DNA of 64,000 nucleotides from Chloroflexota bacterium (GTDB lineage: Bacteria > Chloroflexota > Anaerolineae > JACRMK01), in NCBI GenBank assembly GCA_016235055.1, contig JACRMK010000009.1, forward strand, positions 24,435-88,434. Direction: 5' to 3'. This document shows, in pieces, positions 26,801 to 32,699 of the stretch. Below the pieces are notes generated by a model. That model was not told the DNA's origin, ran no database searches, and worked only from the letters and a program-made list of their open reading frames with translations. Position 1 is the first letter of the stretch; each line of letters starts with the position of its first letter. The position numbers were made by a program, and so were the translations under genes.

Positions 26801-26854
26801 TGGTGCGGCTGGCGCGATGGCGGAACGCAGCCAGCACCCTGCCTGCGCAACTAA
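23846..26854 (+). CDS. Bitopic membrane protein: five N-terminal Ig-like domains, central TM helix, Pro/Thr linkers, extracytoplasmic Ig-like domain plus two ~90-aa Gly/Thr/Asn-rich repeat modules
   Basis: No signal peptide (MPTTVVTVDPPLVSVQAGSQATVRVAVENR...). TM LIPIILLLAALVVCVGVAALTL at about aa 595-620. PT linkers. C-terminal duplicated module ...NGTWSISGGTGSIQF...DWCG / ...NGTWTVGGSTGSIRF...EWCG. Confidence 0.65.
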   Translation: MPTTVVTVDPPLVSVQAGSQATVRVAVENRSDFVGQYQLSLAGADASWVTFEPDQVAAFPGSTANATIRLSLPASVIPATYPTVVRVINQSDTSDEARALLRLNVTAAPGSQPGGTPGFVATGAGNPPPTGMPESRRTAPPPPVAAFTGVPARRAASPGAGQLELSIDRDSITVLPSGSQSINVIWRNTGGTALAIDAELQGLPPAWIRLEPAAFDLPKTSTVPGRVTISPPSEAPTGSYPITLVGTERNTPGMAANIDLVLEVGEAGGVTLEIVPPQAAGQDGATYRVRATQSGTTPLNVSFFASDPDAALAYTFNPATIYVPPSGDATSELSVRASKGLVGVETQNFQFTVTATAAEGTARAATASGLFVQQRTPTIGLVIAPAEVTAPDRATYTIRVKNPSAIQTNVRLVAADGNNACRYLINPPAVAVPAGGEAQASLLVTPQKLTAEPGSIINNFTVSAEPSGSLLTGAQASGKYVQTQTILPSIRLAPGSQSSTGAATFNVQATNTRPTALDVELRAFDAANLVELRLSTAQLRLPPNGSAQARVTARPTTKLLAGEARRPNEFTVELHVPGLEQTAQAKGTLVQVGGFNFARLIPIILLLAALVVCVGVAALTLPTIGGWLSDRQREIAKFLQAAPTPLPLVTFAPFTPTPTITPIPTPTLIPVPFAIKGVTAKVSPASANSCPTTLSFSAEIEVSQVGSITYVWEFSDGSSTTPSTLNFGAAGKQTVNTSKSFNTNGVVGGHVKITAPPSPDSNQASATLNCPAAPTAAPAAPTATPKPATATPMPTLPPAIFVANFSGDWTTNFGSMHLNQGGPSITGTYYNGFLGQGGTIAGTVTANTFNGTWSISGGTGSIQFNMGADGASFTGKFNGTTDWCGAKHTSTATLPPGCGFSGPWSIRLSGGTRTMTLVQRGDNTVSGTYNNGTANGTINGTVSYPPTNVVLNGTWTVGGSTGSIRFFLNDYNATRFQGNYNTTFEWCGWRDGGTQPAPCLRN

Positions 26855-26870
26855 CCCGGACAAGCAGGCG

Positions 26871-26911
26871 GCAGGCGGGCGAGGCGCGATGCCTCGCCCG
26901 CCTGCATTTCC
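26871..26911 (+). terminator. Strong hairpin marking the end of the CIS operon (weak U-tract)
   Basis: Perfect 15-bp stem gcaggcgggcgaggc / gcctcgcccgcctgc with loop gcgat (26871-26905), followed by atttcc. Starts 17 nt after the last stop codon. Confidence 0.5.
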
Positions 26912-26964
26912 GCCTGCGGCCGCGCCGCCGCCGCGGCTGGTTCACTTGTTACGGCAACCGTGTT

Positions 26965-26993
26965 TTGACACACGCCGCACTCTTTCATATAAT
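26965..26993 (+). promoter_or_regulatory. Consensus sigma70-type promoter for yceD-rpmF
   Basis: TTGACA (26965-26970), 17-nt spacer, TATAAT (26988-26993). GGAAGGAGG RBS precedes ATG 27025. Confidence 0.6.
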
Positions 26994-27024
26994 AATCAAG
27001 TGCCTGTCGCCGGAAGGAGGTTTC

Positions 27025-27543
27025 ATGCTATTCAATGTCGCTCAACTGATGAAAGAGCACACCGGCGCCGCGCGCAAGCAGTCCATCAGGGTGCCTGCCG
27101 CGGAGCTTGACCGCGAAACCGGCGCCATCGACGACCTGGCAGGGGTTGTCAAGTTGCTGCGCACGGTTGAGGGCGTGCTGGTCACCGGAGCGATGACGAC
27201 GCAGGTGATGCTGACCTGTGACCGCTGCCTGGACGAGTTCGCCCAGGTCGTGGAGTTCGAACTCGAAGACGAGTTCAAGCCGAGCATCGATATTGTCAGC
27301 GGCGCAAGCGTGCCGGTGGATCCCTTTGATCAGGACAACCTGATCGATGACCATCATATACTCGATCTGACCGAAGTTATCCGGCAGCGTATTCTGTTGA
27401 ACCTGCCGTTGCATCCGGTCTGCCGTCCGGCTTGTCGCGGGCTGTGCCCGACCTGCGGCCAGAACCGGAATGAGGGCGCCTGCCGCTGCCGTGTCGAAGG
27501 CACGGATCCGCGCTGGGAGGCCCTGCGTGACCTGCTGCGCTAA
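27025..27543 (+). CDS. yceD: YceD/DUF177 family protein (23S rRNA accumulation protein)
   Basis: ATG 27025 with a strong RBS. The ORF-track N-terminal extension from 26800 is Arg-rich and rejected. C-terminal Cys motif CRPACRGLCPTCGQNRNEGACRC. Conserved position directly upstream of rpmF. Confidence 0.75.
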   Translation: MLFNVAQLMKEHTGAARKQSIRVPAAELDRETGAIDDLAGVVKLLRTVEGVLVTGAMTTQVMLTCDRCLDEFAQVVEFELEDEFKPSIDIVSGASVPVDPFDQDNLIDDHHILDLTEVIRQRILLNLPLHPVCRPACRGLCPTCGQNRNEGACRCRVEGTDPRWEALRDLLR

Positions 27544-27595
27544 ACGCAAATTAACAAAGCGAACGCGAAACACATCGGAAAGGAGTTGATCGCGA

Positions 27596-27790
27596 ATGAC
27601 CCCGCACCCAAAGCGAAAATTATCGCAGGGACGACGCGACCGCCGCCGCAGCCACCTGGCGCTCAAAAGCCCACAGCTTGTGCGCTGCCAGCGCTGCAAT
27701 GAATTCCGGCTGCCGCATCACGTCTGCCTGAATTGCGGCACATATGATGGCGTCGAAGTGCTCGAGATGGAAGAGCAGAAGGCCAAGTAG
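27596..27790 (+). CDS. rpmF: 50S ribosomal protein L32
   Basis: MTPHPKRKLSQGRRDRRRSH... with zinc ribbon CQRC...CLNC. 64 aa. Confidence 0.9.
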   Translation: MTPHPKRKLSQGRRDRRRSHLALKSPQLVRCQRCNEFRLPHHVCLNCGTYDGVEVLEMEEQKAK

Positions 27791-27808
27791 TTTCCGGTCT
27801 GCTGCAAC

Positions 27809-27855
27809 TAAGCCGTGCTTTCATGCAACATGCAGACTGCACGGCTTATTTATTG
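27809..27855 (+). terminator. Candidate intrinsic terminator/attenuator after rpmF
   Basis: 10-bp perfect stem taagccgtgc (27809-27818) / gcacggctta (27839-27848) with a 20-nt loop, followed by tttatt. Confidence 0.4.
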
Positions 27856-27872
27856 ACTCTGGACTCTCGCTC

Positions 27873-28775
27873 ATGACTATTGCGCTGGTATTCCCCGGAC
27901 AAGGCTCGCAGTTTGTCGGCATGGGCAAGGATCTGCTGGCGTTCGACCCGGCGCGGGCGGTGTTCGAAGAGGCTGACCGGATCCTCGGTTTCGCGCTATC
28001 GCGGGTCATGTTTGACGGCCCCAAGGAAGAACTGGACGACACGGTCAATACGCAGCCGGCGTTGTTTGCGATGAGCGCCGCCGTGCTGGCCTGCCTGCCG
28101 GCGCAGTCGCCGGCCTTCGTCGCCGGTCACAGCCTCGGCGAGTACGCTGCGCTATACGCGGCCGGGGCGCTCTCGCTGCCGGATGGCCTGCGGCTCGTTC
28201 GCGAACGCGGGCGGCTGATGAAGGCCGCCGGCGCTTCCAATCCGGGCGGGATGGCGGCCATCATCGGGCTGGACGACGCCGCGATAAACGAACTGTGCGC
28301 GGCAGCCGGCGGGGTGCAGGTCGCCAATTACAACTCACCGGGGCAGGTCGTCATTTCTGGAACCCGCGAGGGCGTGGCGGCGGTGATGACCGCTGCCAAA
28401 CAGCGGAAGGCCAAGCTCGTCACGGCGCTCGATGTCAGCATCGCCGCTCACTCTGAATTGATGCGGCCGGCGGTGGCCGATTTTACCAGCGCCGTGAACG
28501 CCACGCCGTTCCACGCGCCGCGCATACCGGTGGTGGCCAATATCACGGCGCAACCACTCGAAAGCGTCGAGGCTGTGCGCGCGGAACTCGTTGGGCAACT
28601 GACGGCCTCGGTTCAGTGGACGCGCACCATCGAGAGCATGGCCGCCCACGGCGTCGACACGATCGCCGAGGTGGGCGCCGGCAAGGTGCTGAGCGGCCTG
28701 AACAAGCGTATTGCGCGCGGCGCGCGGTTGGTGAACTTCGGAGACCTGGCCAGCATCCAGTCGGCCGGGACATAA
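27873..28775 (+). CDS. fabD: Malonyl CoA-ACP transacylase
   Basis: MTIALVFPGQGSQFVGMG start (ATG 27873; the ORF-track extension is rejected). Active-site GHSLGEYAAL. Confidence 0.9.
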   Translation: MTIALVFPGQGSQFVGMGKDLLAFDPARAVFEEADRILGFALSRVMFDGPKEELDDTVNTQPALFAMSAAVLACLPAQSPAFVAGHSLGEYAALYAAGALSLPDGLRLVRERGRLMKAAGASNPGGMAAIIGLDDAAINELCAAAGGVQVANYNSPGQVVISGTREGVAAVMTAAKQRKAKLVTALDVSIAAHSELMRPAVADFTSAVNATPFHAPRIPVVANITAQPLESVEAVRAELVGQLTASVQWTRTIESMAAHGVDTIAEVGAGKVLSGLNKRIARGARLVNFGDLASIQSAGT

Positions 28776-28798
28776 GTGCCACAGAGGACACGGGACAG

Positions 28799-29548
28799 AT
28801 GATCAACCTGACGGGCAAAGTGGCGCTGGTGACCGGCGGCTCGCGCGGCATCGGGCGCGCGATCGCGATCAAGCTCGGCGCGCTCGGCGCGAAAGTGGTC
28901 GTCAACTTCAATAGCAACGAGTCCGCGGCGCAGGAAGTCGTCGAGACGATCACAGCGGGCGGCGCCGGCGCAGCCGCCGCGGTACGCGGCGATGTGAGCC
29001 GCAGCGACGACGCGGCGCGGGTCGTCAAGTTCACGACCGATACCTTCGGCCGGCTGGACATCCTCGTCAACAACGCCGGCACGACACGCGACAACCTGCT
29101 GGCGCTGATGAAGGAAGAAGATTGGGACTTCATCCTGACGACCAACCTCAAGAGCGTGTTTAACATGTCCAAGGCCGTTTTGCGGCCCATGATGCGGCAG
29201 AAGTTCGGGCGCGTCATCAACATCACGTCGATAGCGGGCGTGTCGGGCAATGCCGGCCAGGCCAACTATTCGGCCGCCAAGGCGGGCATGATCGGTTTCA
29301 CCTACTCGATGGCCAAAGAGTACGGCGCCAAGAACATCACCGTCAATGCGGTCGCGCCGGGCTTCATCCCGACCGACCTGACCAGCACGCTGCCGCCGGA
29401 ATTGAAGGAACAGATGATCAAATTGACGCCGCTGGGGCGCTTCGGCACGGCCGACGATGTGGCCCATGCCGTCGCGTTTCTGGCGTCCGACGAGGCCGGC
29501 TTTATCACCGGGCAGGTGCTGCGCGTCGACGGAGGCATGGCCTTCTAG
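28799..29548 (+). CDS. fabG: 3-oxoacyl-ACP reductase
   Basis: ATG 28799. SDR motifs TGGSRGIGRAIA, NNAG and YSAAKAG. Follows fabD. Confidence 0.9.
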   Translation: MINLTGKVALVTGGSRGIGRAIAIKLGALGAKVVVNFNSNESAAQEVVETITAGGAGAAAAVRGDVSRSDDAARVVKFTTDTFGRLDILVNNAGTTRDNLLALMKEEDWDFILTTNLKSVFNMSKAVLRPMMRQKFGRVINITSIAGVSGNAGQANYSAAKAGMIGFTYSMAKEYGAKNITVNAVAPGFIPTDLTSTLPPELKEQMIKLTPLGRFGTADDVAHAVAFLASDEAGFITGQVLRVDGGMAF

Positions 29549-29570
29549 CACGCCAGCGGGAGCGCGAGGT

Positions 29571-29933
29571 ATGGAAGACAGAAAAGCAGGTACCGTCCGT
29601 ATTGCACCCCAGGTGCTGACCACCGTCGCCGGCGGCGCCGCGTTGGCGGTTCCCGGCGTGCTGCGCGTGAGCGCAACGCGCCCGGTGACCATGGAGCGCT
29701 TGCTGCGGCGTGTTGCGGTCGAGCCGGGCGTGGCGATCGCCATCGACGCCGACGGCGTCGTGGTCGACCTGTACCTGGTGCTTGACCGCAATGTGAACAT
29801 GCTGGAGACGAGCCGCTCGGTGCAGGCCGAGGTGGCGCGCGCCATCCATGACACGGTTGGCATGACCGTGCGCGAAGTGAACGTGCACGTCGAGGATGTC
29901 GGCGACGAGCCGGCGGCGCCACAGGCGCTCTGA
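29571..29933 (+). CDS. Asp23/Gls24 family envelope stress protein
   Basis: ATG 29571. VRIAPQVLTTVAGGAALAVPGVLRV ... VNVHVEDV is typical of Asp23. Conserved pairing with nusB. Confidence 0.75.
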   Translation: MEDRKAGTVRIAPQVLTTVAGGAALAVPGVLRVSATRPVTMERLLRRVAVEPGVAIAIDADGVVVDLYLVLDRNVNMLETSRSVQAEVARAIHDTVGMTVREVNVHVEDVGDEPAAPQAL

Positions 29934-29941
29934 TCTGTTCG

Positions 29942-30376
29942 ATGCAACCACGCCGCCGCGCGCGCATCACGGTCCTGCAGTGCCTGTATGAACTGGATCA
30001 GACCGGGCACGACGCGTTGACCGCGTTCGAGCAGCGCGTGGCCGAAGAGCCGCTGCCGCGGGACGCCGAGGAGTTCGCCCTGGAGTTGCTGGCCGGTGTG
30101 ACGGCGCGCCGGTCGGCGCTGGACGATGTGGTGCAGAAGATTGCACCCGAATGGCCGCTCGACCAGGTCGCCATAGTCGATCGCAACGTATTGCGGCTGG
30201 CCGCCTACGAATTGCTGTACACGTCGGAAACACCCCGAAAAGTTGCCATCAACGAGGCCATCGAGCTGGCCAAGTTGTACGGCGGCGATAACAGCGCCCG
30301 CTTCGTGAACGGCGCACTCGGCACGCTGGTCGAGCACTTCAATGACTTTGCCCAGCGCGCCCAAAGCGAGCGTTAA
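29942..30376 (+). CDS. nusB: Transcription antitermination factor NusB
   Basis: RRRARITVLQCLYELD...DRNVLRLAAYELLY...PRKVAINEAIELAKLYGGDNSARFVNGALG. Confidence 0.9.
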   Translation: MQPRRRARITVLQCLYELDQTGHDALTAFEQRVAEEPLPRDAEEFALELLAGVTARRSALDDVVQKIAPEWPLDQVAIVDRNVLRLAAYELLYTSETPRKVAINEAIELAKLYGGDNSARFVNGALGTLVEHFNDFAQRAQSER

Positions 30377-30385
30377 CTCCCCCTC

Positions 30386-31444
30386 ATGGGCGACATTATC
30401 TCGATAGTCCTGCTGATCTTGCTGGCGATCCTATTGATCGGACCGCGGAAGTTGCCGGAAGGCGTTGAGGCGCTGTGGCTCACCTGGAGCAACTTCCAGC
30501 GCAGCCAGCACGGCGGCGCGCCGATTACGCTGGACCAGGCGCGCCAGCGCTGGCGCAGCGAGCAAAGCCCGTTCTTCAACGGCATCCAGTTGTTGTACGC
30601 CGCGTCGGAGCATCTGCAGGAGATGCGCTCGCGCATGTTCAAGGCGCTGATCGCCGTCGCGATTTGCACGCTGCTCGTTTTTGTCTTTTCCGATAACCTG
30701 TTCCGTTTGCTTTTGCGTCCGCTCGACAACGTCGCGTGCGTGCAGACCGAGACGCTCGTGAGCACGCTGCAGTTGTCACAAGATGTGCCAATCACCACGA
30801 CAGTTCGGATCGGCACGGATAGCACGCCAGTGAGCACGACGGTCATTTTACCCGCTGGCACCATTCTGCCCGTCACGTATCTCAAGCCGTGCGAGAAGCT
30901 GCGTCCAATCTTCACCAAGCCGACCGAGTTGTTTATTACGACCTTCATGGTCGACGTCTACGCGGGACTGGGGCTGGCCATCCCGTTCATCATTTACCAA
31001 TTCGTGGCGTTCCTGATGCCGGCGCTGCTACCGCACGAAAAGCGGTATGTGTATCTACTGCTGCCGGGCATGACATTGTTATTCGTCATTGGCGTCGTCT
31101 TCTGCTACCTGCTGGTTCTGCCGGTGGCCGTCGGGTTCCTGTTTAGCTTCAACCTCGATATCGCGCAGCCGCTGCCGTCGATCAATGACTACATCAACTT
31201 CGTAAGCAGTCTCTTGTTTTGGGTCGGCCTGACCTTTGAGACGCCGCTGATCATCTTTTTCCTGGCCAAGACGCGGGTCGTTAAATTGGCCCAACTCAAA
31301 GCGTTTCGCCGTTTTGCCATTGTGGGCGGCTTCGTGATCGCCGCGCTGATTACGCCGACACCGGACCCGCTGAACCAGGCGATCGTTGCGCTGCCGATCA
31401 TCATCCTGTACGAAGTCGGCGTCTTCCTCGCACGCTTCGCATAG
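30386..31444 (+). CDS. tatC: Twin-arginine translocase subunit TatC with N-terminal TatA/B-like TM-hinge segment and enlarged first extracytoplasmic loop
   Basis: N-terminus IISIVLLILLAILLIGPRKLPEG is a TatA/E-type signature. The TatC core runs from SEHLQEMRSRMFKALIAV to the C-terminus (PFIIYQFVAFLMPALLPHEKRY, FLAKTRVV). An ~60-aa insertion follows LLLRPL. Confidence 0.8.
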   Translation: MGDIISIVLLILLAILLIGPRKLPEGVEALWLTWSNFQRSQHGGAPITLDQARQRWRSEQSPFFNGIQLLYAASEHLQEMRSRMFKALIAVAICTLLVFVFSDNLFRLLLRPLDNVACVQTETLVSTLQLSQDVPITTTVRIGTDSTPVSTTVILPAGTILPVTYLKPCEKLRPIFTKPTELFITTFMVDVYAGLGLAIPFIIYQFVAFLMPALLPHEKRYVYLLLPGMTLLFVIGVVFCYLLVLPVAVGFLFSFNLDIAQPLPSINDYINFVSSLLFWVGLTFETPLIIFFLAKTRVVKLAQLKAFRRFAIVGGFVIAALITPTPDPLNQAIVALPIIILYEVGVFLARFA

Positions 31445-31447
31445 ACT

Positions 31448-32581
31448 ATGGACTTTACGCTCGACGAAACGCAACGACTGTTCCGGCACACGGTACATGA
31501 GTTTTCGGCCATTGAACTCAAGGCGCGCGCCGCCGAAACCGACCGGACCGCACAGTTCAACTGGGCTGCCGTGCGCAAGATGGGGCCGCTTGGACTCCTC
31601 GGCTTGAATGCGCCGGAAGAGTACGGCGGCGCGGGCATTGACGCTGTGAGCGCCGCCATCGCTATCGAGGAGATGGGCTGGGGCTGCGGCAGCACGGCGT
31701 TGGCGATTGCCGCCCACAACGGACTGGCCAGCGCGCCTATCGCGCTGTTTGGAACCCCGGAGCAAAAGGAACGTTTCTTGCGCCCGCTGGCGACGGGCAC
31801 GGGGCGACTGGGCGCGTTGGCGCTGACAGAACCGGGCGCAGGCTCGGACCTTTCCGCAATTTCGACGACCGCCATGCTGGATGGCGACGACTGGATCGTC
31901 GACGGCGCCAAGATGTGGACGACCAATGCGTCGATCGCGGACCTCATCGTCGTGCTGGTTCGGTCGGCGGGACGCGGTGGCTTCAGCCAGATCATCGTGC
32001 CTACTTCGGCAACAGGCATCACGATTGGCCCGGCCGAAGCCAAGATGGGGCTGCGCGGCTCCCCCACACATGCGGTCCGCTTCGATCATGTGCACGTGCC
32101 GCGCGAGAATCTGCTCGGAACCGCCGGGCGCGGCCTGCAGCAGACGCTGGCTGTGCTCGACGGTGGGCGCATCGGCATCGGCGCGTTGTGTGTTGGACTG
32201 GCGCAGGCCGCATACGACGAGGCGCTTTCCTACGCGCGCGAGCGGCATACGTTCGGCACGGCGATTGCCCAGCACCAGGCAATCCAGCACATGCTGGCCG
32301 ACATGGCCACGGACATCGAGGCCGCCAGGCTGCTCGTATACCAGGCCGCCTGGGTGCGCCAGCAGGGTCAGCCGTACACGCGCCAGGCCGCCATTGCCAA
32401 ACTATTCGCCAGCGAAGCATCCGAACGCGTGTGCTACAAAGCGATGCAGATTCACGGCGGGTATGGCTATTCGAGCGCGTATCCCGTAGAGCGCATCTAT
32501 CGCGATCAGCGACTCATGGCGATTGGCGAGGGCACATCCGAAGTGCAACGCATGGTCATCGCTCGCCTGGTATTGCACTAG
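31448..32581 (+). CDS. Acyl-CoA dehydrogenase
   Basis: 377 aa. EEYGGAG, LTEPGAGSD, DGGRIGIGA and QIHGGYGY motifs of the ACAD family. Confidence 0.9.
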   Translation: MDFTLDETQRLFRHTVHEFSAIELKARAAETDRTAQFNWAAVRKMGPLGLLGLNAPEEYGGAGIDAVSAAIAIEEMGWGCGSTALAIAAHNGLASAPIALFGTPEQKERFLRPLATGTGRLGALALTEPGAGSDLSAISTTAMLDGDDWIVDGAKMWTTNASIADLIVVLVRSAGRGGFSQIIVPTSATGITIGPAEAKMGLRGSPTHAVRFDHVHVPRENLLGTAGRGLQQTLAVLDGGRIGIGALCVGLAQAAYDEALSYARERHTFGTAIAQHQAIQHMLADMATDIEAARLLVYQAAWVRQQGQPYTRQAAIAKLFASEASERVCYKAMQIHGGYGYSSAYPVERIYRDQRLMAIGEGTSEVQRMVIARLVLH

Positions 32582-32699
32582 ACACCCGCCGCTCTTTCGT
32601 GATACAATGGGGCCGCGCAGGTCGGTGGGGACACGCTCGCGACCACCGTCTTGCGGCTCGGCCAGGACCGGGCCGCGCGCGAGTCTTCCAGTCCATCAT

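Noticed and set aside
1-26911. Interpretation of the sheath/tube/baseplate cluster as a prophage or as a type VI secretion system.
   Set aside because: No capsid, portal, terminase, integrase, lysis or replication genes are visible. The sheath is a single large phage-type protein, not a TssB/TssC pair. No TssJLM, TssA, TssK or ClpV-like genes were seen. A DUF4255 cap, DUF4157 proteins, a LysM protein and a gpI homolog point to the eCIS/CIS class. The region upstream of the window remains unseen.
26800-27024. N-terminal extension of the yceD ORF (track start 26800), and similar upstream extensions of fabD (27744), fabG (28616), Asp23 (29457), permease (37410), SBP (49503), TPP enzyme (57135), M32 (58618), USP genes (60668, 62087), gpJ (15087) and the DUF4157 gene (4075).
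   Set aside because: The extensions are Arg-rich and non-homologous, overlap upstream genes or promoters, and lack an RBS. In each case an internal ATG with a good Shine-Dalgarno sequence coincides with the conserved family N-terminus.
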